A stretch of DNA of 63,253 bases, filler included, from Octopus bimaculoides (GCF_001194135.2; 8 parts of 8 records of this genome joined end to end with filler, not necessarily neighbours in it); one strand, 5' to 3'. Positions 24,666 to 38,706 are shown, counted from the whole stretch's first letter. Numbers and translations are program-made. The notes: generated by a model from the sequence alone, not told the origin.

Positions 24666-25784
24666 ATAAAAGATATGGAAGAAAAAAATACGAACTGGAA
24701 ATATGAGATATTGGAGAGAGCAGTAGCATCACATAGAAGTGAAGAAAGATAATGGAAAACGATGAAAAAAAAAAACAGAAAGACAACATCTAAAAACAAT
24801 CATTTAATATCTACCTGTCACGCTATGCCCCAGTTGCACAGCATATATTTTAAGGCTGCAATAAATGATCTTGCATGAAATGCGATACGATAATGGAACT
24901 CGATGGTATGAGTCATGTGACCAGCGTATAAGCTGAAGCACAGTTTAATACTTTAAAGCGATATTCAGCATCTACTGGCTGGTTGCACTAAATCCTAAAG
25001 TAAGGATTTATAATGTTGGATTCACGTATACACATGTTGAATTTGAAGCACTTTTCAATTAAGTGTATGCTGCTGAGCAGTCACTCACAAAGTTTTGTTT
25101 TCGAACAATAAAGCATTAACATACATACATACATATATGTTTGTATATAGTTACACACGNNNNNNNNNNNNNNNNNNNNNNNNNNNNNNNNNNNNNNNNN
25201 NNNNNNNNNNNNNNNNNNNNNNNNNNNNNNNNNNNNNNNNNNNNNNNNNNNNNNNNNNNNNNNNNNNNNNNNNNNNNNNNNNNNNNNNNNNNNNNNNNNN
25301 NNNNNNNNNNNNNNNNNNNNNNNNNNNNNNNNNNNNNNNNNNNNNNNNNNNNNNNNNNNNNNNNNNNNNNNNNNNNNNNNNNNNNNNNNNNNNNNNNNNN
25401 NNNNNNNNNNNNNNNNNNNNNNNNNNNNNNNNNNNNNNNNNNNNNNNNNNNNNNNNNNNNNNNNNNNNNNNNNNNNNNNNNNNNNNNNNNNNNNNNNNNN
25501 NNNNNNNNNNNNNNNNNNNNNNNNNNNNNNNNNNNNNNNNNNNNNNNNNNNNNNNNNNNNNNNNNNNNNNTATATATATATATACACATATATATATATA
25601 TATGTATGTATGTATGTTTGTATATATGTATACACACACACATCAAAGATACACGCTAATATAGAGCAGTGAGAATGGTGATCAACATTGCATTGGTGGA
25701 TAAATATTCTTTATTTGTGGGTTAACATGATAACTAATGTTGATGTTATTATCTTTAATTTTTCCGTATATTGGATTCGTTCAG

Positions 25785-25975
25785 ACACAAAACCAAAATA
25801 CACGCAACAACTTTATCAAATATGGAATGGATGCTTAAATGGAGGAACGTGAACAACTCCTAGCTAAGACCAGCAAATATGTGATGCAGAAAAATGTGAC
25901 ATCTGTATCACGAAAAGATTCAGTATAACATCAACGAAATGTTTTAAATATCATGGCGTAAACCTTCTTTCTGTG
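25785..25975 (+). mobile_element. Degraded Penelope-like GIY-YIG C-terminal fragment
   Basis: Frames give IHATTLSNMEWMLKW..KCDICITKRFSI..STKCFKYHGVNLLS, paralleling KATKLAS*EWSLK..SEIFSGCEHMPKFLL in the clearer copy at 39560-39990. Confidence 0.5.
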
Positions 25976-27359
25976 CGTGTACAAAAACGATCTACCACTC
26001 AGCCATCCCTCTAACCTGGATAAGTTTTTGGATACAATTATATGCACATTATACTTTACATATGTATTATACATTAAAGGTATATACTCCAATGACCTTT
26101 TGCTGGATTCCCCAACTACACAGATTTATATGCATAGCTCATGCTCACATTACATAATTCATAGAAAACATGTATGTATATAAACTTATGAAGTTACGAC
26201 TGCATGGACCAAGTTTTGTGTGAAAAATCTATGAAATCCTATAAATAATATATAAATACTCATTCATGAGCAAAGCTAATGCAGCAAGTGTGCATATGTT
26301 CGCGCGTCCGTATGTATGTGTGTGTGTTTGTGTGTATATTTGTAGGAGCGGAATTTATACCATTTGCCTTTATTCCACGACGTGTAAAGAACCTAGTGAT
26401 TGTTTATAACCTCAAACAGATGACATTAGTGCGAAAATGTTATGTCGAGATCTAGCCTATTCGATTTCATTGCATTCGGCCTTGCGATGAACGAGTTCTT
26501 TCATTGTTACAGAGTATTTCCGGCTCGGCTCTGTGATGTTGTGGACTCTGAATCATAACGATGCTCTCCCTTGCTGACTCCTCGTAAACTTGTCTTTAGT
26601 TCAACCTCCGAAAAAGAATGCGTTAAATATTTCGAGATGATTGTCAGTTATTAAATGTTCTATTTGCAAACTTCATGTCATTGTGGAGGGTATTGAATAT
26701 GTTGCATATTCTTACGACATCATCTTGACCGTTGTGACGTTTTCAGGTGTTCTTGGGTGAATAATCAGTTGGATGTGCAAGCTTCTAGCTTAAAGGCTCG
26801 AGAAAGGGACTGAAGCACGTAGAAAGAACATTTATTGAGAGCTTCCATTATATTTCTAGATACTGTTGGAGCAATTGCGTAGCTGCTGCTGGTCCACATA
26901 CATAGAGAGGAGAAAACACATATTCAGCCTGAAGTTTGTGAGTTGTGATAACTACTAAGGTACACTGTTGTGTTTTGGCTCTCGGGCACCTGTAATAGCC
27001 ATTATTCCGAATACCAGCCATTTTTCATCAGTTCTGTGGAATTCTCTTCTCAGTCAACTTTTCCTAACCGACTTCTACTTATAGATGTTTGAACTGAACT
27101 GTAAATGTCTCAATCTCATCAATCTCATAAAAAGAAATCTGTTGGTGCTGGTATTTACTGCCTTTTTCCTGCAAGCCTAAATTATAAGTGTATATCTTTC
27201 ATAATTGTATTTCATGTGTAGCTCTTTCGTGCTGAGAAAATTGTTTACAAGTTTACTGTATAAAAGATAGTGTGCAATGATGCGTGTCGCATGAGTTACA
27301 CTGTCAATCTGATGTAGGTTTAAGCTTTATTCAACAAGTACTAACCTCGAGTAATTTAG

Positions 27360-28420
27360 CATAAACAGTGTTATTCCCCAGATATCAGCAAAGCTTTCAA
27401 CAATGTCTGGGACGCAATGTGGTAAAGATTTCCCGCAAATGGTGTTAATTCGACTGTTGTCTCTTGAATCTATAACTTTCTGTCAGATCACTTTATTACG
27501 GAGTGTGTATCCCTCTGACTTACATTGTACCAGCTCTAGCGTGCCACACGTTTTGTTCCAACACTTTTTTCATCTTTTATTTTAATGACCTACTTGCCCT
27601 CACTTTCAGCTACATCTACTTTTTCGTAGAGGATACTCACTCTTCGTTTTTATCTAAATTTCGTCACCCAAATTTCATCTTAGACACCTCAAGCCTGAGT
27701 TCGTAAACAGAGACATTGAAAACATTCTCCCATGTATTCATGCTAATTTTGTCTCTTTCATCAAGACGAAGACACTCTAACTACACATATAAGTAAACGA
27801 CATATCACCCTTTCAGAAGCATAAACCATACAGCTATAGAATCCTCAATAAAATACAAATACTAGGCTTAACCGATCTTGAGGATTACTTCCAGCAAGCG
27901 TACGTCCTTAAAAAAGATATAAATGCATCACAAAATCAAGTCTTCCTCTTCAGCCCCAACAAGTACTAACCTGCTAGAAAGTTCTGATAAGACTTACAAT
28001 GGAATGTTGATGCTATATGTCACAGAATTTTCCTGCTTCCTACAGAACCATCCTAGACAGTATACAAGGGAAGGCTACTCGACCGATTCGTATAAACTTT
28101 GACAGTATTATACTTCATCTGCTATCAAAAAAATTGGCGTTTCATCTCGATACTAATATGGCTTCTGGTCTTCAGAGGCTGGTTTTGTAAAGCTTTCAAC
28201 CAAGCATTTTAGGCACCGTCTTTCATTTCGTTACTCCTATTATATCTATCCACATTGGTTAACACAAATCGCTATGTCAAACCCCTTCTTTTTATAACGT
28301 TGACATTTTGAGATCCCCGCCTTATACATAATTTTCGCTGCAGCAGCCTTCTTGCAACTATTTAAAAAGGTAAAACCCGTCAATTTCCCCAATCAGAAAG
28401 AACTGCGAAGACCTTCAGCA
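27360..28420 (+). mobile_element. CR1/Jockey-clade LINE reverse transcriptase remnant
   Basis: DISKAFNNVWD (DxxKAFDxV), SSVPH (GVPQGS), FNDLLALTFSYIYFFVEDT (INDL..FADD), later LDSIQGKATRPI; heavily interrupted. Confidence 0.75.
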
Positions 28421-28822
28421 CAGATCATTACTTCTGACTAAGGCGATAAAAAACAAAAAGAAACAAATTATTAAGCTTGAATGACTTACCAGAGGAGCCT
28501 CTACTCGCTAAATCAATCATGCTAAAAATAGTCGCCAAATTACAATCAATCATTTTTATAATAGAGAAACACATACAACAATGTATTCCAAAATATGTAA
28601 TATCTTAGCTGAGGACCAATCGCAATGTCTGGTATACCTTTGACAATTAATGTCGTTTCTTCAAGTGAAACACCACCATCACCACCACCACCTCTACCAC
28701 CACCATGACTTCCACCATCATCATGGAAATATATATATATATTTCAGTAAGTTCCATTGTATCGGTTAGAATTTCATGCCACACCAATTGTCATGTGACA
28801 ACTGCTATTATTAAGTATAATT

Positions 28823-29040
28823 GAGGCGGCGAGCTGGCAGAATAGTTAGTACGTCGAGCAATATGCCTAGCAGCATTTCGTCCATCCTTACGTTCTGAGT
28901 TCAAATTCCGGTGAGGTCGAATTTGACTTTCATCGTTCTGAGGTCAATAAAATAAGTAATAATTTACCGCTGGGGGTCGATATAGTCCACTTATCCCCTT
29001 CACCGAAACTGTTTGCCTTGTGCCAAAATTTGAAACCATT
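28823..29040 (+). mobile_element. SINE family A, near full length
   Basis: GGCGGCGAGCTGGCAGAATAGTTAG head, GAGTTCAAATTCC B-box, tail GCCTTGTGCCAAAATTTGAAACC. Confidence 0.85.
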
Positions 29041-29249
29041 ATCAATTATATTTGTTGTTTTAAATCTATGGCTGTGAGTTTGTTTTGTTTTTTTTTTTCT
29101 GTTTATGCATCTTAATTTTGCTGCTTCGACTTTGGTGTGTCTTTCATAATGTTTTGAAATTTTGTTTTATCGTATTTTATTTAGTGTCATCTTGTAACTT
29201 TTCATCTTATTATTATTTGAATATATTTTGAATTTTTAAATGCTGTTGT

Positions 29250-30800
29250 TGCTTTTGTTTACATGTTTTAAAGATTGCCATCGATTCTATTATTTCTTCT
29301 TAGAGGATTTTTTCTTCGGACATTGATGTTGAGAGTATTTCCTGCTTTAGAAATCTGCATTTCTTTCAATAATGATTATTCTGTGTTATTGAACTTACTT
29401 CCTTTTCCGTATTATACTATGTTTCAGTTGTTAATTGACTTTGTATATAAAAAAGGCTTGTGCTTTGCCTTTATTTAGAAATGCGGATTTAATATATACA
29501 TTTAAACGTATATTTATACTTATATGTATCTGTGTGCAGTATTTGTGCGCTGTTTTTTGCTTGAATTAATTGGTCGAGGTTTGATTCCTGTATGTTTTTG
29601 TATGTAAATATGCGCACATGTGCAGTTTTACAAGTGAAGACTTTAGTTCTGCTACCTTATAGTATTCACAACCCATGATTCCACAGCCTATCACACGCGA
29701 GATTAGAGGCTTTTCCTGTTTTCGACTGGACCATTTTTCTGTTCTAGTGTCGGCAATATGATAAAATCTCATTCTACTTGTTTAGCTAGTGTGCACATTG
29801 TATTATTGAATTATATTTTTGTCTGCGATGCATAGAGAATATCTTCAAGAACCATTTATATAAGGAAGAACACAGTTTATTACTTCCTATTTATGCTTAC
29901 GTTTATGTTACTCTCCTTGAAATCCCAGATTTACTTAGATGGGGACGTTGAGTTTCGTCAGTTAATATTCTGGAATAAGAGCGTGTATTTTGTATATTTA
30001 GCCTTCAAAGTTCCTCCAACAAACAAGGTAGACACGATTGCAGCATCGGTACAGGCAGTGGAAAGTAAGCATACCAATGCTAATAGAAAAATAGAGCCAT
30101 TATATTTTTTATAACGACAAACTACATAAAAACACATATATATACGCAAGCACTTAGAGGATACAACCTCAATCAACCAATTGAAACTACGTACACAAAA
30201 CTCTACTCACACGCTCATATATATTTATAGAAATAAAAAAACAACACACATTACGAAACATCAAAACCACCAGACCATAAAAACAAGAACAGGATGTATA
30301 ACCAATGAACCATAAAAAACAAACCATTCTATACATAGTCACTCAACAAGTAAAACCTAGTGTAATTAGAAAGCAGGAAATGTGCTCCACAAAACAACAT
30401 AATCATTCTCATAAAAGGAAGTAAATCTAAAAAAAAAAACGCAAGTAACATATAATGGTTTTCGACAAATAAGTTTATAATAATAAAAACAAAAATAGAA
30501 ACACGTAAAGCATAAAAACAAACTACATCTAACTTATAAAGTGGTGAAAATTCGAAAAAAATTTTTGCATCTGACTTCACTAACATAACACGACATTATA
30601 TAACAAATTTAGAAACTAACCAATACAATACTCAGTCACTTACTATGCTCTAATACCAACAAAGTGAGCAAAGGTAGATCAGAGATCAACCAACAGCACC
30701 AAGTAGCAAAAAGAAAAGTACAAACCCATATCGGTGGGTACTAAAAAATACGCCTATCATCAGGCAATTTTAGTTCTGGCTTGACGATCGCTGCAGCCTG
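29250..30800 (-). mobile_element. Possible highly degraded Penelope-like element
   Basis: Weak SNL..VI.C...C.YY resemblance near 29650-29710, T-rich terminal region and a decayed CTGATGA..CCGATA motif (CTGATGA reverse complement at 30757-30763). Confidence 0.3.
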
Positions 30801-30839
30801 AAACGGAAAGGAAATTACTATAAAAGATTGATAAACTGT

Positions 30840-30884
<45 letters not shown>

Positions 30885-31330
30885 ATATGTATGTATGTAT
30901 GTATACGCACGCATATCAAAAAGGGAATTGTGAAATGGGACACCAATCAATAATCAAATTTGGTAGCGGGTTCTAAACTCCACAGCAGTATCCAGTTCAC
31001 TACGACGCAAGACATCAATCTTGAAATATGCTGAAAATGTACAGAATACTCGCCGAATAATAGATATAAGTCCTGAGAGAAACTAAGTTTGGTTCACCGA
31101 AATGCCGTAGTGATTACATAATAGTGGCAAAAACATTATGTAATGTTGCACCTCACTTCATCAGTGTTCTACAAACATTGATTGTACATATGTATATGTA
31201 TACACACACACACACACACACACACATATANNNNNNNNNNNNNNNNNNNNNNNNNNNNNNNNNNNNNNNNNNNNTTAATTAATTAANNNNNNNNNNNNNN
31301 NNNNNNNNNNNNNNNNNNNNNNNNNNNNNN

Positions 31331-31373
<43 letters not shown>

Positions 31374-31997
31374 GCATATACACATACATATATATTAATA
31401 TATCTATCAAATAGAAGGAAAAATTAACCTTGGTAGAAGACAGTAAAGACTTGATTCATTTAAGAGACATTCAGTCACCGAAAGTGAAAAATGACTCAGT
31501 AGGTAGCCAGTAGGTGGCCAGCGCTATGTATTTATGCCTATATGAATGGATCTCAAATACAGAGATATCTAGAATATTTGCTACAAGTCGCTTCACGAGG
31601 CGTTTTGGTGTTTCAGTAATTATTTATCTCTTCAGTGAATGTTGAACTTTATACGTTTAGCCCACATAATATACAGTATTTGCTGATATCACGAGTGGAA
31701 GGTATATAAATTTCTCACAAACTGACAAAAGAACGAAGTACTAACGTTTTTAATAAATATATATGAAATATATATTATTAACACATATACTTAATGTATA
31801 TGCTTTGTGTATTTTTCAGTGGCTGTAATGGCTTGGCGGAGTATATAAACTCTTAAATTGCTACGTCTTACAAAAACACCTCAGAGTCATGGACAGGCGA
31901 GGTAACTCACCCTCAGTATAAATGTGTGTGTGTGAGTGTGTATGTGTGAATGTGTGTGTGTGTATGTGAATGTGTGTGTGTATAAATACATAATGCA

Positions 31998-32048
<51 letters not shown>

Positions 32049-32057
32049 GCTTATATA

Positions 32058-32926
32058 CGAGGTCTGATCAATAAGTATTCGAACTGTTGCTATAGTAACG
32101 AAACTAAACCACGCAGAATAAAGTAGCTTGGCACAAATTGACCTTGAACTTTGCTTTAGTTTTAACGTTCTATCTCACTTCTGCTGTTTACAGCAGTGCT
32201 TGGAAGGAACGTGTGTAGCATATGATCGTCACATTGACCAAGATAGAGAAAGTTGTCATGGCGATACCTGCTCAGAGGCCTACGCAAAATTGTAGAAAGT
32301 GTATGGAGAGGAGTGTATGAACCGCACACAAGTGTACGAGTGGTTCAGACATTTCCAAGATTGCCGCAAAATGTCGATATTGACGAACGTTCTGGGAGAC
32401 TCGCAACGAGCAGAACTGAGAAAAACATCGCAGATGAGCATGCAGTTGTGAGAGGAAATCGTCGAATCACCGTCCGTGAGTTATCAGAGGATGTACAGAT
32501 TAGTTACGTTTTAGTCTAGTCCATTATCACTGAAGATTTGGGTATGAGACGCGTGCTTGCCAAGTTTGTGCCAAAACTGCTTTCAGCTAGCCAAAAAGAC
32601 ACCCTGGTTTCAATTGCACAAGATCTTGATTGTGTCGAGAACGATTAAAACGTTTTGAAAACTTTGCGTAGGCCTCTGAGCAGGTATCACCAAGCTTTTG
32701 GCAAAATTTAATGCAGATTGTCTGTTCAACTTTCTCTTTCATGGTCAATGCAACTATCACCCGCTACACAAGTTCCTTCCAAGCACTGCTGTAAACAGTG
32801 AAAGTGAGCTAGAACGTTGAAACTTAGTGCGCATGCACAGCAGAGTTCAAGGTCAATCTGTGCCAAGCGACTTTTCTCTGCATCGTTACTATAGCAACAG
32901 TCCGGATACTTACTGATCAGACCACG
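32058..32926 (+). mobile_element. Non-autonomous mariner derivative with ~230-265-bp TIRs and TA TSDs
   Basis: TA|CGAGGTCTGATCAATAAGTATTCGAACTGTTGCTATAGTAACG .. CGTTACTATAGCAACAGTCCGGATACTTACTGATCAGACCACG|TA. The interior encodes a mariner HTH region: VYEWFRHFQD..DERSGRLATS..NRRITVRELSE..LGMRRVLAKFVPKLL. Confidence 0.93.
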
Positions 32927-33094
32927 TATATGTGTGTGTGTGTGAGTGTATTTATATATATGTATATAAATATATGTATACACACGCAAACACACAGAGT
33001 TATACATAGAGAAGAGAGAGAGCGAGAGAGTGAGGAAGAGAGAGAGTGAGAAAAGAAAGAAAGAGAGAGTGAGATAGAGAGGGGGAGAAAGAGA

Positions 33095-33240
<146 letters not shown>

Positions 33241-33309
33241 GGTTTGCTTCGGTTAGTATTGGTTCATGACATAACTTAATTGCACCATCTGGGAAAAATA
33301 TTCTCGTTT

Positions 33310-33610
33310 GCAGACATACATCCGGGTGTAAACGGTCTATTGGAAATTTTTGGAAGGAATTTTTCCTGGAACTGTTTGATTGTAATAGGGTCTTGTTTCT
33401 TCCCTAATGTGTTTTGGCAAGGTGTTAAGGAGGGCAGGGCCAGCTGAGGTGAAATAGTTCTCTCTTAGTGTTGTGATATGATGCGAAGTCGAATTTTGTA
33501 GAGGATCGACAACATGGGACCCAAGTCTCGGGTGAATTTTAAAGTTAATACTAGCATCATATGGGTAATGTAGATGGAATATTATCCACATCATACAAAT
33601 GATATACCAC
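33310..33610 (-). mobile_element. CR1-like LINE ORF2 C-terminal fragment
   Basis: WYIICMMWIIF..FKIHPRLG..NYFTSAGPALLNTLPKHIREET (the 'GPxLFNxLP' motif). Confidence 0.7.
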
Positions 33611-33705
33611 CCACACACATCTATGCGAATATAGTTAAGTTGACTATAAAGATTTCTGTTTGGTAATAATACTGCTTCCGTTACTAACATCTAATATATC
33701 TAATA

Positions 33706-33746
<41 letters not shown>

Positions 33747-33813
33747 TAGATAGATAGATACACACACACACACATACATACACACATACACGTCTATATC
33801 CATATGTATGTAC

Positions 33814-33844
<31 letters not shown>

Positions 33845-33873
33845 CGTATGTATATATCCATTCATCCATCCAT

Positions 33874-33911
<38 letters not shown>

Positions 33912-34190
33912 GTCTGTATATACATGTATACATTAATGTGTACATACGTATACGCAACGATCAATTATGGACATGAAAACATAAATGATATGTAACATTT
34001 AAGTGTTCGGTGAAAGAAAGAAACTGTAATGATATGGTTAATCGACTCCACACAGAGAAAGTAATGTGTATTTTGTTTAGAACTATTCAATCTAACAACA
34101 GATCTCCCAAGTCTGAGCCAATCATCTTAGTGAAGTCGGTGTAAGTAGTCACAATTCTTTTTCTTGCTTATATGTCTTTATTCCCAAATA

Positions 34191-35177
34191 CAGTTAATAG
34201 TTATATAGTAAAGTCACGTTCAGGACGAAATCTTTGCTATTCATCAATAACAATTTGATTGCTAACTCGCTGATGGACAACACTCTTTGCATATAACAAG
34301 GACACCTAAAGAATGGTACAAGTAATGCTCAAAGGTCTTTATTTACCGATCTGGCTTCATATCTTCTCTCCCCATCTTATTGTTATAGTGCAATGTTAGT
34401 ATTCCAATTATATATCAAAGCGTGAGCGCTACACACATCGGTCGCTACTGCTTGCAATCGTATCCCGAATCTGGCTATGTTAGTAGAAATCTATTATATC
34501 AGCATAAATGACTTAAAACGTATCAATATCATAACATAACTCAGGCGACTTGGCCGGAGGCGATAAATTTCTACCAGTCAAACAGTGAAATTATTTTCGC
34601 CGATTGTACTCTTACCTTGATTTCCTGGTCATGTGCTTAAGATAGAAATCATTAATATTTTAGTACTAAGTCAGGAGGAGCCGACTTCGATGGAAATATA
34701 ACGTATATATGTGTCAAGAGACCACGTATACCAAGCTCTTCGTTGTTTCATTAGTTCTTTCAGAGTACGATAATTGGAACCTGTAATTTTAAGCGGTAAT
34801 CTTGTTAGTTGTTAAGTTATAATGTCGAAGTGGTTTATGATACTACTACAACTAGATTTCTGACATGAAATAGAAAACAAAATCAGATTCAAGATTCGGT
34901 AACAAGTAGTAAGCTTTAAATGTGTAGCGTTCATATTTTATTATCATTAGAATGCTTAACACATTGCTCCACAGCAATAAGATGGAAAGCAAGATATAAT
35001 ACAAGATGGATAAATATAGACCTTAGAGCGTTACTCGTGTCATTCCCTAGGTGATATTGTTATATGCGAAGAGTGTTGTACATCAGCGCGTCAGCAATCA
35101 AGTTGTTCTTGATGAATAGCAAAGATTTCGTTCTGAACGTGACTTTACTACATAACTATTAACGTAACTATTAACTG
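34191..35177. mobile_element. Unclassified foldback element, ~330-bp diverged TIRs, TA flanks (Tc1/mariner-type MITE likely)
   Basis: TA|CAGTTAATAGTTATATAGTAAAGTCACGTTCAGGACGAAATCTTTGCTATTCATCAA.. mirrored by ..TTGATGAATAGCAAAGATTTCGTTCTGAACGTGACTTTACTACATAACTATTAAC(GTAACTATTAAC)TG|TA; no ORF. Confidence 0.85.
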
Positions 35178-35729
35178 TATTTGTGAATAAAGGCATATAT
35201 GCTACAGAAAGAAATGTCACTATTTACACCGGCTTCACTAAGATGATTGACTCAGACTCTGGAGACCTGTTGTTAAATTGAACACATTTAAACAAAATTA
35301 ATATTATATTCTCTGTGTGAACTCAGTTGACTGTATTATCTTTCCAATCGCCAAACTCTTTAATATTAAATCAAAATTAACTGTTTCCATTCTTATAATT
35401 TTGATCGTATCCGTACACACACACATGTACACATGACTATACACAAATACACATGCACACACGCACGCATACACGCATACACGCACGCACACACAATCAG
35501 CCCACTACACGCCTTAGGTCTACGTTCATAAGACTGGGTTCGATTTCTGAACCAGGTGGTGCATTGTATCCTTGTGCGAGGTACCGAGATCAGTGTTTTT
35601 ATGGAGGAGCTGTAGAAGTGATGATGTGCATATTGAAGAAAAGTATAGTTCACACACACACACACACACACAAGTCCTTTGACACTTCCTGCATTTATTC
35701 ATATTCAGCGTCTTTAACACAAGGAGAAT

Positions 35730-36900
35730 ATTCCCATCATTCTTCCAGTCCTGTGAGACATGACTAGTGTCTTATAGACATCATCAATTGATGGATATAT
35801 CTGATGCGTTCGTCTCTTCTATTTTCCTCCACCTCTGCTGAGATACCGCTTACCGCTGGTACTTCACTATTTCATTGTGATCCGCTTTCGACCAACACTT
35901 CCTTTACACCTGGCAAATCATCTATTGCCATATCAGTAGTATAATAAGCCACTTTTTCAAAATTGTATGCTCGAAATTTCTTATTGAGCACAGTATTTAT
36001 TGTAAATGTTCTCCAGAACAGTTGAACATTTAATTTTCCAGAATATTATTATCAGCTGACCTCAGCTAAGTGGCACATCTCTTCTGAGGTCAGTATATAT
36101 CTCTGAAACAGGCATATAACCTATTCATGTTGCTAAAATCAGCAGCTGTATTCCTCCACCACTCGAAATTTACCATGTGGGCGTACTGTTTCAGTCTCTA
36201 GTCACTTTCTCTAAATTTAGCTAAGTTTGAACAAGTATTTCTTTCAAGCTTGACTGCGTTGTTTTCACATTAACTCAAAAGTGGTGCTCTTACAATTAAA
36301 CTAGCTCTGATGTTTCTACGTTATTTTTCCAAGCGAGGATAAACTTTCATTTAAATTCCATGTTATGAGATTCCTACAATGCTAGAGTTTTATTTATATT
36401 TCTTTTCAGCGTGGCCTTTACATTCCTATTCGTCAACATATTGGTGGCTTAATTGGCTTGCCAATTCTAGTCTTCTTCCGTTGGGAGACTGTTTTCAAGG
36501 TTAACTGATATCTGAGTATTTTGTGATTCGTGCTACCATTTTCCACTCTATTCGCCTGGGTAATGTGTAATTTACTTCTTTTATGAAATAACTTAGGAGA
36601 TTCAACGCTCCAAATATGGACACACCTAGATGACTTTCTGACCCTACTTTTGCTTGAAAATACTTTTGATAATGATGCACTACTTTTCAGAGTAGCGAGT
36701 GAGAAGAGTTCCCTGTTTATGTTGGATTTCCTTATTTGCCAATAACACTGTATCGCCTATCTGCATCTTCTCCGATGCAGACACTAATGTTGCTTATTAA
36801 TATCTGCTTGTCTATCTGAATCACAGTCCATGGGTCCATTTGCAGTGTATTGTAGGCCTCATCTTTTGCATCATCAGGGTTCATCTATATAGGAAAGTAA
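35730..36900 (-). mobile_element. Old LINE (RTE-like?) endonuclease/RT junction remnant
   Basis: Minus-strand KVPAVSGISAEVEE resembles RT domain-1 'KAPGxDGIxAE'; otherwise highly degenerate. Confidence 0.35.
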
Positions 36901-37304
36901 AAATTGATCAGGATAGAAACTCCCAAAATCAATTCATGATCTGGTCGTTAACACCTGTTGGTTACAGGTCTAATTTAGTTATAATACTGCTTTTATGGCA
37001 AAGCCTACGTTGGACACATGTCTGCTTGGTAGTATTTTCACTTGGAATGAATGAGTAAACCCATTTTTGACATTGTTAAATTTAAGAGTCTTGCGTCACT
37101 AAAGGCTTGATCCACTTAAGTGTTATGAACACGGAGTGTTATTCTAGTCGTTCTGTCTCCTGTTTCGATGTGTTTTAACATTCAATCGACCAAATAAATG
37201 CTATCTTTTTGCGCCTCGTAAAATTTTCACAGCTATTCGGAAAAGAGGACAGCCAGTCTTTGGCAACCCAGAAAGCGATCGGTTCAATATAATTTATTGA
37301 TATT

Positions 37305-37462
37305 ATTTCTTAGTTATGCATTCAAATTCCGCCCAGGTCGACTTTGCGTTTCATTCTTCCGGGGTTGGCAAAATAAGTACCAGTTGAACATTGGGGTCGA
37401 TGTAATCGAATAACACCCTCCCCCGAAATTGCTGGCCTTGTGCCCAAATTTGAAAGCGATAT
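37305..37462 (+). mobile_element. SINE family A, 5'-truncated
   Basis: TTCAAATTCCGCCCAGGTCGACTTTGC..AATAAGTACCAGTTGAACATTGGGGTCGATGTAATCG..GCTGGCCTTGTGCCCAAATTTGAAA. Confidence 0.8.
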
Positions 37463-37669
37463 TTCTTACCTACAAAACATTTAAATTCTAAAACCTTTTG
37501 CAGATGTAGGATTTTCTCGGTCAAAGATAAGTGAAGACATACTGACTCTACAGATGCTGCCACGGTTGACAGACTCCACAGTATGATGCATTTCCGTTCA
37601 TTTGTGGTTGTTCTCTCGAAATCATTTGTCCTTTATTGACAGGATTTTTTTTTTGTTTTCTCCCTGCAG

Positions 37670-37767
37670 AGTGTTCAATAATCATCTCACTATTAATCAT
37701 GCTTGATGGGGCTGCTGGTTTTGCTGCCGATGGCCCAACTATTCTTTTTATTGTAAACATTGTAAAG
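37670..37767 (+). CDS. Candidate exon, hydrophobic peptide of unknown function
   Basis: Strong acceptor tttttttttttgttttctccctgcag|, open phase-1 frame CSIIISLLIMLDGAAGFAADGPTILFIVNIVK, donor AAG|gtatat. No recognisable domain. Confidence 0.25.
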
Positions 37768-38660
37768 GTATATATGTTCTGGTTATCATATTACTAGATT
37801 GACACTAAATGTAGAATGACGGACTTTGCTCTTTGTTTCAGTGATGTCTCTACTATGTGGATAGAGGTTAGAAAGAAGAGGATCGTAGTGAGTGTGAAGG
37901 TACTTCAGACGGTTGGGAGTAACGCAGTCTTCTTAGTCTTCTTAGTGTTACGTGGAAAGATGTGTCGAGTTGGCGAGGTCATGTGAGGTGAAGAGGGGAT
38001 AGTGAGGCTACATGTAAAGGGGGAAAGTTAAATAAAAATAACGTGTAGTGAAGGAGAAAGTTGCAAAGTCACATGCAGTCAAGGGGTGAGTTGCGAGGTT
38101 ATGATGCCGCATAGATGAGAAAACAAGAGGAAAAAGAAAAAAGAAAAAAAAGTTGAGATAAATATCAGATTTTAAAATAGATGTCATTTTTGTCTATAGA
38201 CAAATTTAAATCATATTTATTTTGTCTTGCAGAGGACAGAATAATAAAAGAAAAAAAATAATAAAAAAGTATACACATATGTTTATAAATGTTATCTTAT
38301 TTGCTGCTGATACAATATACATATTCTTAAGTCAGACGGATCTGATAACATGTTTTTCATCATTATTATGTGAAAGCAATAATGGTAGATGTCGCTGAGT
38401 TTAAATACGAATATATACACAAGGGCAAGAAACAATTTTACTATATAAACATGCATGAAGAATACTTCGAATCATGATGGAAAATATGATATCATATTTA
38501 TTATAAACATCAATTACCAAAACGAATACAATGAATCATGCGATAAAACCTAGAAGTATAGGAAACACACAATTTGATACCAGCCTTAAATTGCAATACT
38601 CCCAGCAAAAAAAAAAAAAATGACGTTAATACGAAATATCATACCAAATCCTTAATAAAA

Positions 38661-38706
<46 letters not shown>

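Noticed and set aside
25785-25920. Apparent EGF pseudo-exon 'GCLNGGT*' (Cys>TGA, possible selenocysteine) near the EGF exons
   Set aside because: A TAA follows within five codons, the Cys spacing is not EGF-like, it lies across a spacer from the real exons, and other frames fit a Penelope GIY-YIG C-terminus better (ATTLSNMEWMLK, KCDICIT).
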